64,000 nucleotides of DNA from Carpediemonas membranifera BICM (taxonomy: Eukaryota; Protista; Fornicata): positions 940,421-1,004,420 of the forward strand of contig JAHDYR010000062.1 of the NCBI GenBank assembly GCA_019828565.1, in the 5' to 3' direction. The notes beneath the pieces are model-generated. The model was given only the letters and a program-made list of their open reading frames with translations. It was not told where the DNA came from and searched no databases. Position numbers and translations under genes: made by a program. Of this stretch, positions 53,010-64,000 are shown piece after piece (position 1 is the first letter of the stretch; every line of letters starts with the position of its first letter).

Positions 53010-53969
53010 TCAGCGGGTGTTTCCCTTCCGTTCCTCCGCCAGCAGCGCCGTCCGCAGTACGAAGGGCCGCGTCTTCGTGGTCGCCCGGGTCTGCGGCAGT
53101 GCCCGAGCACGGGGCCGGCTGTCGTACCGGATGTCCCCGAGGTGTGGTGAGTCCACCCTCACCTTGGGCGCATGGTCCCAACCCGCGTTCTTCCGATGCC
53201 GGGACGGCGGTGCCGCGGACACTGGCCGGGGGAGCATGGCCGGCGTCCGGATGAGGGGGGCGGGGGTCCCGGGCCGGTCCGAGAAGCGGGGCGACGGCAG
53301 CGTCGCCGCCATTCTCTCGCGGGGCCGGGTGGCTGAGCCGACAGTGGCCAGCGGGACGGAGGCCAGGGGCATGCTGCTCGGAGGCATCACACAGCAGGGT
53401 GTCGCCCTCAGCGACTGTGTCCTGGGAGTCGGCCTCGGGGTCATGCTTGGTCGCCTGCTGCTGTTCACAGCCCGCATGACAACCGGTGCGGTCCGTGGCG
53501 TCGGTACGGGCTCGGACCTGCCCTGGATGACAGGCCGGGTGAGTCTGGACTGGGTCCTGCCCGGGGACTGGCCGCGGAAGGGGGGCTCGGGCTCCTCCTC
53601 GGTCCACTCTGACATGACCAGCGTCTGCCGCTTCTTCTGGCGGGGTGTGAGCAGGGCTGAGCGGGCGCCCTTGGTCACCCGAAAGCCCCCGGCCTCGTCA
53701 AGCGTGACATACTCCATAAACGCGGGGGTGGGTGGCTTCTTCTGCTCCTCTGACTTTTCCTCTGTGGCTGGTGACCCCGCTTCGTCGTGCGGCGGCGTAT
53801 CGTTCGGCTCTGAGGGGGTGTCTTCCCCGCGGGCTTCAAGATCCTTTTTTCGACGCCGCTTGATGTCGTTCATGTCGACATATGTGATTTGACGTGTCTT
53901 GCGAGACTCCTTATCGTTCCGTGTGAAGCGAGCGGAGAGAAGTGCAGCTTCTGGCGACAGTTCCGTCAT
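53010..53969 (-). CDS. Basic Pro/Arg-rich hypothetical protein
   Basis: ~320-aa ORF; no domain recognised. Confidence 0.55.
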   Translation of the reverse strand: MTELSPEAALLSARFTRNDKESRKTRQITYVDMNDIKRRRKKDLEARGEDTPSEPNDTPPHDEAGSPATEEKSEEQKKPPTPAFMEYVTLDEAGGFRVTKGARSALLTPRQKKRQTLVMSEWTEEEPEPPFRGQSPGRTQSRLTRPVIQGRSEPVPTPRTAPVVMRAVNSSRRPSMTPRPTPRTQSLRATPCCVMPPSSMPLASVPLATVGSATRPRERMAATLPSPRFSDRPGTPAPLIRTPAMLPRPVSAAPPSRHRKNAGWDHAPKVRVDSPHLGDIRYDSRPRARALPQTRATTKTRPFVLRTALLAEERKGNTR

Positions 53970-54310
53970 TGGGACGGCCCTGCCGCTTGAAACGGATAAT
54001 GGCTGAGGAGAATGTGATGATAGCGATCGTGGTGATAGAGCGAGCGCAAGAACCATGTCCTGGTTCTCTTGAACGAACGCTTGTAGGCGATGACGATGGA
54101 ATGCCGATCAAACAACCATCTGATTGAGCCTAGCCTAGTCAGCTCCGTGATGTATTCGGCTCTCACGTGGTGCATCGGACCGATGGCGCGCCTGATTGAG
54201 GGTCACGGACCGTCGGCGGACAAGGTGTCCAGCCTGCCCCGGTGGACGCATGCAGAGCTTGAAACCAGCTAGCCTAGATACAATGGAGTGTAAAGCTCTC
54301 ATGCTACTCT

Positions 54311-57300
54311 GTGCTGTATGGAACTCCCGCAGTGGGCGGTGAAAATCCATTCGCACTTTATCCGCAACATTTCGAAAGCACGATGGATACCCAGGCGAGT
54401 TTCGAGGAGATCGAAGCTCTAGATGGTGATAATATTATGTCCGCATTGATAGAACGCGGGAATTTAGTTGATAGTAACGGCACAAGTCCTGGGTTAGCTC
54501 CATTACATCATTTCTCAGTGCAGCCGCTACGTCACCCGTTTACGAAGCTTGAAACCGAATTTGAAGTTGACTTGAATCCTGTAGAGTTCCCAACGTACAC
54601 ACAGGGCTTCCTGAGGAACGTCCAGGTCCCGAAACGCGAGTACGACAGCCCCAGACTGCACGTCTCGACGCCGAGGACACCGCGTGGGGCGTCCCAATTC
54701 ACACCACGTGCTGATGCTAACACGCCACGGCCATGGCGGGGGCAGATGCCGGAGCTTGAGCTCCCGCCCCCCAGTGCTGGTGGGACTCAGAAACCCACCG
54801 TGACCTCGCGGCTGGCAACAACCAAGCGGGATGAGAGCATATCTGAGGTTGTCCACCGTGGGTACACCGTGTTAGACGAGTCCTTCATGGCGATGGCCGG
54901 GGACCTCGGGGACGTCGAGAAACGGGCGCTGCCCCACGACGCCAAGCCGTCCGACAGGGTCGCGGAACTGCTAAGTAACGTGGCTAAGCGGGTCGATGAG
55001 GAACTTGCCAAGCAGCCCCGCGCCCCGCCGCAGGCGCTGCCGCAGAAGCCGCGGGTCACCCCCGTCGAGCAGCCCGTGGCTTGGCTGAGACGAGGGGAGA
55101 AGAAAGTGAAGGCCCCCGCTCCCGTGGTGACACCGGTGTCGTTTGAGCCCCGCGCCGTCTCTGAGGGGCAGGTGCGGCAGGTGTTCCAGCGGGTGGATGC
55201 CGAGCGGCCCCACACCCCGACCTCGGCCTCTATTGACTGGGATGATGACCTGACCGTGCCTGAGACGCCCCGGTCCTACCTCAGTGCGACGGATGACACG
55301 TATTCCCAATGGGGCTCGGTACGGGACTACTCCTCGCACCAGTACAGCGTCCGGCCCGCGGGCAGGGGTGGCATGGGGCCCGGGCTGAGCGATATTGAGT
55401 CATCCAGGGCTACTGAAAGCACGACGGCGACCAATGCGCCCCCACAGGTGCGGGGGCGAACGGTGGCACTCAACCCGCACCCAGGGGAGGGTACGGGGCT
55501 TCCCACAGGCATCTCGGAGGGCCAGGCGCTGCTGGACAGCCTTCTTGCCAAGGCGCGACAGTCCATGGGTATCAGCGAGCCCGTTCCGTTCACCCCGAAG
55601 CATGGGTGGGGAATGGGCAGCGCCGCACATCGAGCAGACGTCACCCCAGCCTCGGCGGCGCGGTCGATGTGGCCTGGGGAGGGCTTCAGTCGCCAGAGCA
55701 CGTTCGACAGCGGCCACTACAGTTCGCCGTCCGAGCCGTCGCCCGTTGCTGACGAAGCATCCGAGCAGGGTACAAACCCGTCGATGGTCCCACCCCCGCC
55801 GTTCCCCGGGCCGTCGGTCGGCATGAGCGTGGCGGTGAGGCCTAGGGCGCTAGGTGCCCTACGGTCCCCGACCAAAACCGTGGGTGAGGTCCGTGCGCTG
55901 GGTTCGGCGATGACCATCTCCCCCAGCCCCAGCACCGCCGATAAGGGGGGGCGGCGGGTCTACCCCAAGGGCTTCTCGTACTTGCATCTCGTCGAGCAGA
56001 CCGAGCCCGACGATTTCACCCACCCTACGGCCCTCTCGGCAGACCTCACGGACTACACAGACGGCATGAGCGTGTTCGACGACGACGGGGCCGACGACGC
56101 CTTCACGGCCCGGCCTCCGTCCTCCACTGGCCGCCGCACACCGTCTGCCAGCGTCCGTGTCGCCAGCTCCCACCTGCTGCGGCAAATGGAGGCTGGCCGG
56201 CGGTGGGAGAGCTCCGATCCGAGCGCGGCCTTCCCCCACACCGCCGAGCACCTGAGGCTGCTGGCCCTAGACGACGCGGACGACGTGATCCCGGCCGAGC
56301 TTGAGGACGCCCCGCTGCCCCCACCGGCCTTCATGACACCCAAGGGCGCCTCCCCGACCCGCAGGAGGGAGTCCGTCCGGGCTGACGCACTTCGTCTGTC
56401 GACCAGGCTCGACTTCCACCCAGCCCTCGATCGTCCAGCGCTGTACAAGCAGCCCGAGGCCGTGGAGAAGCCGCGGGCCCAGTCCGTCGATATCAGCCGC
56501 CTGGACAGCACGTTCCTACGCCAGGGCCGGCGGTCTCGGGTGAGCTTCGTCGACACGGGCTTCGACGCGGCCGCCCCGGCCGGACGAGAGCAGGCGAGGA
56601 TGTCCAACATGTTCAACAGGCTCGCGTTCACCGAGCTCAACTCGGGCAGCTCCCCCACCGAGTTCACGGCGTTGACCGATCTTGACTGCAGCCCGCCTGC
56701 CGCCCTTTCCCCCGGTCTCGCTCGGGCAGACCTCGACGACTCGGACCCCGAGGACGCCACCGTGGTCGCCCTGCCCTCCCTGGCCCCCTCCTTCCCGCCC
56801 CTCGCAGCTCCATCGCCCAAGCCGGCCGTGGTCGTGCCCACAGTGCAGTCTAGGCCCCAGCTGGAGTTAACCGAGTCGAGCACATCACTGGGCGAGTCCG
56901 ACTGGACTGCCACACCCACCCCGCTTGGGGCAGGGGCGGAACCGTACCGTGGAATCAAGATCTTTGATATGATCGCCACGATTTCAGCGCTGAAGTCCAC
57001 GAAGAAGAACGTCGCCTACGGGTCCCTCGTCCTCAACGACAGGGTCAGTCTTAAGCTCCACTTCAGGGCCTGGCGGCAGTTCTCGGCCGTGATCGGCCGT
57101 GCCCGTGGTCACATGATCGCCATGGAGTACGACGTCGTCTTCCGAAGCTCCTGGGCCCACTGGGTCGTGCAGACCAGACGCCACCGCCTTCACCACGCCA
57201 TCCGCACGGCCGACCAGGCCCAGCTCCTCGACCGTGCGTGGTCGGCCCTCCGAATCTTCTCCGTCCGGTCCCGCTGGGAGAAGCGGGTGCTCACCTCTGA

Positions 57301-60300
57301 TCCCGCCCATGCGGCCCAGCTCGCCCTGCATGTCCGGCGGCCCTTCGTCGCCTGGCTGGGCTGGGCTGACACAGTCCGCCAGGCCCGACGACTCGAGGAG
57401 TCATTCCAACGCAAGGACTGGTTGGTTCAGTCCCGCGTGCGGGTGGAGATGCAGCCGCACCCCGTCCTCTTCCGCGCCCCGAACGTAACAGTGTTCGATA
57501 ACAGCGCCATGGTCGCCAAGCTGCTCGACAAGGCGTGGGTCTGCCGTAAGTACTGGCTGTTCGAACGGAGATCTCTCGCACGCAAGAGTCTGCGCCACTG
57601 GCACTCTGAGTGGACCAAGCGGCAGGGGCCGGTCAGCCGCGAGGTGTCGGCGGACAAGATTGACTGGGCCCTGGAGATGCAGTTCGAACAGCAGCGGGTC
57701 CAGGTCATCAAGGCGCGTCGTCTCGCGAGGGCTCGGACGGAGCGGGATCTTCTATGGACGAAGCAGACTGCAGAGGCCTCGAGGTCGACGGCCGCCGTGC
57801 GGGAGGGGTCTGCCCCACCCCGTCGCCCCAGCCTGACGATCTCCCGGCACGAGCTGCTGCTGGGCCTTAGGGAGAGCCGCAGAGTGCGGGGCAGCTACGG
57901 GTCGGGGTCTCGGACGACCAGGCAGAGCACTAGGACGACGCTGACGACAGAGGCGGCCACCGCGGACGATATTAGTAGCATCAAGGCGACAGAGGCCAGT
58001 GAGTCGGGTGTAGAGGCAGAGTCTGAAGAGACGCTGTCGTCTTCCTCGGACGGTTGGATGGCCGACTGGAAGGCGATCAAGCAGGACCGCCAGAAGGTCG
58101 GCAAGCTGCTCGGGGACACCAAGACGATGGAGCCCCGGCGGGTGTCTGTCGCTGTAGCCGTTGATCGGTCCCATAAGAGCCTCAAGGAGGAGCTGTCGCT
58201 GAGTGAGGACGAGGAATGGAGTCTGGAGTCGAGCTACGACTACGACAGTGAGTACGACGAGTATGACTCGTACGACGAGTACGACAGCAGCGGCAGTGCG
58301 TCCGAGACCGCATCGGAGGCTGCCACTGAAACTGAAACTGAAACCGACGCTGAGAGCTCGACAGACTCCGCCGCTGCCACGAAGAGCACCCGCAGTCGCG
58401 GGTCGACCAAGGCCGCGAAGACCAAGCTCGTCAAACGGAAGACGCCCAGGGCCCACGAGACGTGCCAGGACGTATCCCGAAGCTCGAAGGGCAAGGTGAA
58501 TCGCACCCGCCGCAAGACGCCGAGGGATGTTCCCCGCGACTTCAAGACGGAGCACGCGCGACACGGGCACGGTGGACATACGGCTAGGGCCCATCGTAAG
58601 GACAAGCTGATCATCAGCGGCAAGGGCGGTCGACGGAGTAGCGTCGCCGTGGTCGGTACGAAGTACAAGCATGGCCACAGCAGCAGCCGGCGCAGTTCGA
58701 AAACCAGCACGCACAGTCGGCGCAGTTCGAGGACGAGCACGCACAGCCGTCGGTCGCCCCGGGACGTTGAGTCGGGCAGCGAGTCCGTCACGGAGCTGAA
58801 CGCCATCGCCGAGCAGCCCCCCACCGCTACCTCCACTCCCTCCACTCCCGCCTCTTCATCAGACTCTTCCTCCCCTGCCCTATCCACCTCCTCGTCGTCG
58901 GTCGACCTGTCGTCCGCTGTCGACACCCTCCCCCCCGCGATACCCCCCATCTCGGTCGCTCCTCTGTCTCTCACACTGAACCTCAGCCTCGCCCTGCCCC
59001 AGCCGGACTCGCCGCCCAACTCCCCCCTTGGGCAGGTCATCAAGAAGCAGGTGACGTTCCGGGGGCTGCCTGCCGCTGCCACTGACTCCGACATCGAGGA
59101 GTTCCTTATCAGAGACTCGTACCGTTACCGCGAGCCGATCGCCTCGGGCCGACCCGAGAGCGTGCCCGCCCTGCACATCAACCGTGCCGTCTTCTGGAAG
59201 GAGGCGCACCCCAAGGTCGCCAGAGATCCTCCCTCGCCGGTCCCGGGTGATGGACTGCTCAACGACAAGCCGTTGCCAGAGTACTTGCTGAAATACGTAC
59301 AAGAGTCCGTTGCCGAGACGCTGGACGACAACCACGAATGGGTCCGGGCGAACGTCATGGGCATCACCGGCTGGGACGGCCAGGCGGACCAGACCTCAGG
59401 CGACACGGCCTCGGCGTACACGTCGCTCGGGTCCTCTGATGGTGAGCCCGCCCCCCCTCAGCTGGCACCCCCGCCTGGCCCACAGAAGGAGCGGTCGCCC
59501 CTGGCTGCGATCACACCGGAGACGGCGAAGTCTGACTGTAGCACAGCGGTGTCGGAGAGCGAAACAGACTCGTCTGACGAGTTTATCGAGATTATGCCCA
59601 CCGTCATCGAGGCCGAAGACGACATCACCCTCGACGTCACCGATCCCGACTTCACCACGCCCCGAGTCCCGCTAGTCGACTCGGCCTCGTCATTGGAGTC
59701 TGTCGGGGAGGAGGCGTCTGACACTCTCGACCTCAGCACCTCAGCCCAGTCTCCCGACCCAAACGCTGAGCTGCTGCAGGAGCTTCTCGCCACACCGTGC
59801 GATTACGATGTGGCGGACGCTGGCCTGACGGGCGGCTTCCGTCTCCTGAGCGACTCCGAGGACTCAAACACGCCGCCCCTGGTGCTATCGCCCAGATCAG
59901 ACCCGGTACTGCCCCCCGCCCGGAAGGTTCGGACGGTGCCCTACCGCCGGGGCCCGCTGGAGAGGCCGTGCGTCGAGGAGCTCAGCATCATGGCAACCAT
60001 CCAGTTCACCGAGCAGGAGCGGGAGACGGTCGCCATCGTCGGTCCGTCCGCCCTGGTCACACTCAGGCCCGAGCTGGGGCTGGCCGCGGACCTGCAGGAT
60101 TGCATGGACGCCCTGAACGCACGCACGGGCACACTGAGGGCAGCCATGGCCGCCATCCTGGACGACGCGGGTCGCAGGGCCGGTGCTACCATCCCCATGC
60201 GCGGTATCCCGGTCCCGGACGCCCTGCCGCTCGTGTTGACCGCGGACGTCATGCCGTATGTAGCCCCGTTCGCCCTAGGCCGTTGGAGGTTCGTCGTCGC

Positions 60301-61468
60301 TCAGAAACGGAGGGCAGCCCTGCTGGGCCGCCTCTTCGTCGCCTGCAGGTCACACTCCATCGCCTGTCGCGCCTTCCGGAAAATGCGGGCTGCTGCTACC
60401 TGCCCTAACTCGTGCCCCGTGGCCACCATGGCAACAGCGACAGAAGTTGACCCCCTCCGCGCCATCCGACGCATCGAGGCCGCCCGTGCGCTGTCGACCC
60501 GCGGCCCATGGGGCTGGATGCCTCGCGTGACGGGCTTCGGGGCCTACGCCGACCGGACTCGCCAGTTCCCCCTGACGTACCACCCGCCCCACCCGGTCAC
60601 CGGCTTCCCCTCGGCCTGCGTCCCACTCGCACTCAACCGGGGCTGGGCCTCCTTCCGTCGGGCCCGGGAGCGTCTGATCGGCTTCATCTTTGGCGACGCC
60701 AAGTGGTATGACTCGTTGCTTGCAGTGGCGGTGTCGGCCAACAAAGGCTCCGTCTGGGGCAACCAGATCTCACTGGCAACGTCCAGGATCGCATCCAGGA
60801 TACGTATGAAGAATCTACGGACCATATCCCAAGATATGACTCTATCTTCTGTCGGTGAGGCAATCCATGCTGAAATCCTGGCGGTCGACTTCGTCAACAA
60901 CACCCGCAGCAAGAAACTGCAGCGAATGAGCACCTCCATCAAGCAGGACCGCGGGCTCACCCTTGCAGAAAGGGAAAGCAGCTTCCTGGCACAGGCGCTG
61001 AAGCAGGTCGACAGGTTCACCGCAGACGACCAGAAGCTGCTCGCCAACCTTCTTCGTCTGAGGAAGCTCACCCTCGTCGTCACGGTGGACCGCGTCCTCC
61101 GGGCCCTAGCTGAACTGTACCACGCCACCGGCCTGCCCCCCACCCACCTGGCGGGGCTGGGGTTGTGGATGGTCGGCGCCATCGCCCACATCCCGGGAGC
61201 AGTCGTCAGGGGCGGCGGATTCCCCACGCCAACCGCCAACGCCGCGTCCCAACGCTACTGGCGACACATGGTCGTCCTGTCCAGCGTCGCCACCGACCTG
61301 AAGGCCGCCCACCTCACCGACCTGGATACTACTGGGAACGCCGTCGCCCCCCACCCCAGCTACCCAGCCCGGGCCTGTCTGGCCAGCAAGCGGCAGACGA
61401 GGGGAGCTGCACGCGACACAGACATGATGCGGCGCGTTCGGTTCGTCGATTCGACGCCCCTCGTGTGA
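54311..61468 (+). CDS. Very large, mostly disordered protein with Sfi1-like (centrin-binding-type) Trp repeats
   Basis: 2385-codon ORF; 'LHFRAWRQF', 'SSWAHWVV', 'RAWSALR', 'RPFVAWLGW', 'KSLRHWHSEW'. Confidence 0.7.
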   Translation: MLYGTPAVGGENPFALYPQHFESTMDTQASFEEIEALDGDNIMSALIERGNLVDSNGTSPGLAPLHHFSVQPLRHPFTKLETEFEVDLNPVEFPTYTQGFLRNVQVPKREYDSPRLHVSTPRTPRGASQFTPRADANTPRPWRGQMPELELPPPSAGGTQKPTVTSRLATTKRDESISEVVHRGYTVLDESFMAMAGDLGDVEKRALPHDAKPSDRVAELLSNVAKRVDEELAKQPRAPPQALPQKPRVTPVEQPVAWLRRGEKKVKAPAPVVTPVSFEPRAVSEGQVRQVFQRVDAERPHTPTSASIDWDDDLTVPETPRSYLSATDDTYSQWGSVRDYSSHQYSVRPAGRGGMGPGLSDIESSRATESTTATNAPPQVRGRTVALNPHPGEGTGLPTGISEGQALLDSLLAKARQSMGISEPVPFTPKHGWGMGSAAHRADVTPASAARSMWPGEGFSRQSTFDSGHYSSPSEPSPVADEASEQGTNPSMVPPPPFPGPSVGMSVAVRPRALGALRSPTKTVGEVRALGSAMTISPSPSTADKGGRRVYPKGFSYLHLVEQTEPDDFTHPTALSADLTDYTDGMSVFDDDGADDAFTARPPSSTGRRTPSASVRVASSHLLRQMEAGRRWESSDPSAAFPHTAEHLRLLALDDADDVIPAELEDAPLPPPAFMTPKGASPTRRRESVRADALRLSTRLDFHPALDRPALYKQPEAVEKPRAQSVDISRLDSTFLRQGRRSRVSFVDTGFDAAAPAGREQARMSNMFNRLAFTELNSGSSPTEFTALTDLDCSPPAALSPGLARADLDDSDPEDATVVALPSLAPSFPPLAAPSPKPAVVVPTVQSRPQLELTESSTSLGESDWTATPTPLGAGAEPYRGIKIFDMIATISALKSTKKNVAYGSLVLNDRVSLKLHFRAWRQFSAVIGRARGHMIAMEYDVVFRSSWAHWVVQTRRHRLHHAIRTADQAQLLDRAWSALRIFSVRSRWEKRVLTSDPAHAAQLALHVRRPFVAWLGWADTVRQARRLEESFQRKDWLVQSRVRVEMQPHPVLFRAPNVTVFDNSAMVAKLLDKAWVCRKYWLFERRSLARKSLRHWHSEWTKRQGPVSREVSADKIDWALEMQFEQQRVQVIKARRLARARTERDLLWTKQTAEASRSTAAVREGSAPPRRPSLTISRHELLLGLRESRRVRGSYGSGSRTTRQSTRTTLTTEAATADDISSIKATEASESGVEAESEETLSSSSDGWMADWKAIKQDRQKVGKLLGDTKTMEPRRVSVAVAVDRSHKSLKEELSLSEDEEWSLESSYDYDSEYDEYDSYDEYDSSGSASETASEAATETETETDAESSTDSAAATKSTRSRGSTKAAKTKLVKRKTPRAHETCQDVSRSSKGKVNRTRRKTPRDVPRDFKTEHARHGHGGHTARAHRKDKLIISGKGGRRSSVAVVGTKYKHGHSSSRRSSKTSTHSRRSSRTSTHSRRSPRDVESGSESVTELNAIAEQPPTATSTPSTPASSSDSSSPALSTSSSSVDLSSAVDTLPPAIPPISVAPLSLTLNLSLALPQPDSPPNSPLGQVIKKQVTFRGLPAAATDSDIEEFLIRDSYRYREPIASGRPESVPALHINRAVFWKEAHPKVARDPPSPVPGDGLLNDKPLPEYLLKYVQESVAETLDDNHEWVRANVMGITGWDGQADQTSGDTASAYTSLGSSDGEPAPPQLAPPPGPQKERSPLAAITPETAKSDCSTAVSESETDSSDEFIEIMPTVIEAEDDITLDVTDPDFTTPRVPLVDSASSLESVGEEASDTLDLSTSAQSPDPNAELLQELLATPCDYDVADAGLTGGFRLLSDSEDSNTPPLVLSPRSDPVLPPARKVRTVPYRRGPLERPCVEELSIMATIQFTEQERETVAIVGPSALVTLRPELGLAADLQDCMDALNARTGTLRAAMAAILDDAGRRAGATIPMRGIPVPDALPLVLTADVMPYVAPFALGRWRFVVAQKRRAALLGRLFVACRSHSIACRAFRKMRAAATCPNSCPVATMATATEVDPLRAIRRIEAARALSTRGPWGWMPRVTGFGAYADRTRQFPLTYHPPHPVTGFPSACVPLALNRGWASFRRARERLIGFIFGDAKWYDSLLAVAVSANKGSVWGNQISLATSRIASRIRMKNLRTISQDMTLSSVGEAIHAEILAVDFVNNTRSKKLQRMSTSIKQDRGLTLAERESSFLAQALKQVDRFTADDQKLLANLLRLRKLTLVVTVDRVLRALAELYHATGLPPTHLAGLGLWMVGAIAHIPGAVVRGGGFPTPTANAASQRYWRHMVVLSSVATDLKAAHLTDLDTTGNAVAPHPSYPARACLASKRQTRGAARDTDMMRRVRFVDSTPLV

Positions 61469-62102
61469 ATCTGGATAAATGGTTGGTTTCATCGATGATT
61501 CCAACAAAAGACAACGTGATGTAGCTATGACGTGTCTTAAGAAGCAGATCACTTCGTGATCATCGATCGTCACACCCACGACAGCAGAGCCGAAGTCGGC
61601 TCTATTAACATCCAGTCCACACTGCCACACCAGAGACTCGCAGTGCCCTGAGTTCCAACTGTCCCGAGAGAGTGGAAGACACGACTGACTGGACTTAGCA
61701 TGCACTTCGACACGAGCAACAAGGGTTGGCATGACACGAAACTCCATCGGCTCCAGACATCATTGTGACAACATGCCAAGCCAGCAGGACACGAGAAGAG
61801 CTGACACCGCGATCACGTATTGGCCATCCAGGCCATTGAGTGCTGCTGGAAGTGTGGCAGGGTCGAGAATGGCGCTTTGATGATGCAAGAGCAGCGGCTA
61901 GAGCGACTGAGATAGTACTACACCACCAGTAGAGGATGGTTCACACAGCCCATTGTCCGACTGCGGCAGACTCGACCCCCGTGTCTTATGGCAAGAGTTG
62001 GACAACAGGAACTCTATCCAGCGTTGACTGGTACGCTGTTGGCCACAGAGCAGAGCATGCGGTATTTAAAGTGAATCGGGGCTATCATATAATAAAACTG
62101 CG

Positions 62103-64000
62103 TCAGTCGGTTACTGAGTCGGGGAAGCAGCGCAGGAACTTGCCCGTCAGGTTGCTGGGCAGCTCGTTACGGGGCAGGGCTCGGAACAGGAGACTGAACT
62201 GGCGCCTGGTGCTCGCCATCCGCTTGATCGACCGGAATAAGTAGAGTGTGTAGAAAAGGGCGAGCAACACGACGAACGCGGCCATGAACCAGAGGGCGTT
62301 CGTCTGGGTCGAGCTGATCGTGCCGACGAAGCGCTGCCGCAGGTAGTACGACACCTTGATCATGGCGCCAGACACATCGTACACGAGCGTGTCGTTGATC
62401 CACTCGTGGCTTGGTCCGAACATCGCCCCGTCGCTGATCTCGATCACAGTGAGGTTGGCACGGACCAGGTACGTCTGCACCGTCGTCAGCGCGCCCTGTG
62501 TCGTCTCTGGACGGCGGGTCAGGTCGCAGTCGGCAGCGTGCAGGCGTATGCAGGCTGTGTGGAAGAGGACGCGGCCGATGTCGGCCTCGTACGCCCCGGC
62601 CATCCAACCGTCCCGAACGACGACGGACTGCAGGGCCTTCGCGACCCACTCGGCCGCTGGGTTCGTACCAGCCCAGGCAGTGTCGATCGTCGCGATATCG
62701 CTTACTGGGTGGCCGGCGAGCACCGAGGCGAAGTCCGAGAGCCCCTGGATGGCGCTCTGACTGATTTTTACGGCCTCAGTGACGGTTGTGGGGGCCGTGG
62801 AGGGGGTCCATGCGGCCGTGGCGACGGAGCTCAGCACCCGTCGGAGGTCGAGCATGGAGCGGTACTGGTAGTAGATGGACTCGGAGTTCTGGCTGACGTC
62901 GCCCGTCATGATAAGGGCAAAGAGGGCCATGGAGAGGTAGACGAGGCCGAACGCCCCAACCCACAGCAGCAGACCGGGGATGAGGCCCAATGCGAACTGG
63001 AGCTGCACGGCACGCCGCTTGAGCTGCGACTCGTGCACCTTCTCGTCCGCAGCGGGCGGGGCACTCGCCATACTTGCCCTGCGAGCGGCGAGGCTGTGGG
63101 CGTCGATCATGTCGTCCTCGTCCTCCTCATCGAGGTCCTGCTCCTTCATGCGGGCCAGTGCGGCGCTCAGACTGGGCACGGGCGGGCTCTCGGGGCTGTC
63201 GGAGTGGATCAGGGTGGAGCTGTTGAGCTGCAGCAGCGAGGGCTTCGTGCTCCCGCTCGACTGGGCCTTGAGGCTCCTATTCGACCGCTCGGCCGACCCC
63301 AGGAGCGCCGTGCTGAACTCCGTGAGCATCTCCTCCGTATCAGACGAGCTCCCGGTCGGCGTCTGCCCCTCAGAGCTGGACTCCCCCGTGGCGACGTCCA
63401 GGGTTAGGCAGACGTCCTCCTCGATGGGCAGCGGCGGGATGACGACCTCGTCCGGGACGTCCGCCATGGGCGTCTGCGGGGCTGTCCCCGTCTCCTGCAG
63501 CGCGCCCTCGTGCCACAGGTCGGCCTCGGCCTCTGAGTCCGACGCGGCACTGCCATCGAGCTGATGCTGGGGCATGATGCCGTCGAGCCGGTCGAGCATC
63601 ATGTCCAGTGCCGGCTCTACCCACTCCTGATCGAACGAACGGTCTGACCCGCCGTCCCCGTCGTCCTCGGCCGTGTCGGGGGCGTTGAAGTCGAGCAGCA
63701 TGGCTGAGGACCGCGTGCCCGACCGGGACATGGCCCTGGACCCCGGGGCTGATGTCATGGAGAGCTGGGTGTTCGACTTGCTGATTGTACGCTTGATCCT
63801 GGCGGCCTTGATGCCGAGGAAGCGGTTCTTGAGTGCCTCTGCGGTTGGCAGGGGGATGGCCGAGAAGAGAGAGACGACGTGGATGGTGAAGGAGATGTCC
63901 TTGGAGACGGGCACGACGTACAGCACGACTGAGATCGCCATGAACAGGCCGATGAAGCACGTGAAGACCGCGGAGAAGACGGCCATCTCGAGCACGGGGA
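62103..64000 (-). CDS. C-terminal part of a large multi-pass membrane protein (5' end outside the window)
   Basis: Frame open to the window edge; TM pair, acidic loop, TM-ectodomain-TM, short tail 'FSLLFRALP'. Confidence 0.75.
   Translation of the reverse strand, partial: PVLEMAVFSAVFTCFIGLFMAISVVLYVVPVSKDISFTIHVVSLFSAIPLPTAEALKNRFLGIKAARIKRTISKSNTQLSMTSAPGSRAMSRSGTRSSAMLLDFNAPDTAEDDGDGGSDRSFDQEWVEPALDMMLDRLDGIMPQHQLDGSAASDSEAEADLWHEGALQETGTAPQTPMADVPDEVVIPPLPIEEDVCLTLDVATGESSSEGQTPTGSSSDTEEMLTEFSTALLGSAERSNRSLKAQSSGSTKPSLLQLNSSTLIHSDSPESPPVPSLSAALARMKEQDLDEEDEDDMIDAHSLAARRASMASAPPAADEKVHESQLKRRAVQLQFALGLIPGLLLWVGAFGLVYLSMALFALIMTGDVSQNSESIYYQYRSMLDLRRVLSSVATAAWTPSTAPTTVTEAVKISQSAIQGLSDFASVLAGHPVSDIATIDTAWAGTNPAAEWVAKALQSVVVRDGWMAGAYEADIGRVLFHTACIRLHAADCDLTRRPETTQGALTTVQTYLVRANLTVIEISDGAMFGPSHEWINDTLVYDVSGAMIKVSYYLRQRFVGTISSTQTNALWFMAAFVVLLALFYTLYLFRSIKRMASTRRQFSLLFRALPRNELPSNLTGKFLRCFPDSVTD

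Noticed and set aside
58240-58760. Short tandem repeats (GAAACT)n, TACGAC-rich and SRRSS units
   Set aside because: Low-complexity coding sequence within the large ORF.

Overview
Gene-dense eukaryotic (protist) DNA. Ultrashort 28-35 nt introns, a branch A fixed at -6 from the 3' splice site and AGTAAA 3' signals point to a fornicate metamonad, possibly Carpediemonas-like (inference). Two compartments are visible. (1) ~1-15.8 kb is mobile/accessory DNA: a frameshifted non-LTR retrotransposon 3' half with a ~1 kb hairpin-rich 3' region, an rve integrase fragment, a truncated IS630/Tc1 DD35E transposase with a convergent CCHC zinc-knuckle gene, then a ~10 kb hairpin-bounded block with internal direct repeats that carries OTU-like, chromodomain, SET and HEPN genes. 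(2) ~15.9-64 kb holds ordinary host genes: a NAPE-PLD/permuted NlpC-P60 fusion, UBX-like and PH proteins, an ATPase-dead MCM8-like gene next to HFM1/Mer3, RPS26, histone H4, Nudix-like, MFS, an H3 variant, PRKRIP1-like, an FG-GAP surface protein, DP, a dual-specificity phosphatase, Tudor-SN, AIR9, a metallophosphoesterase and large hypothetical proteins. All calls come from reading motifs by eye; no searches were run.
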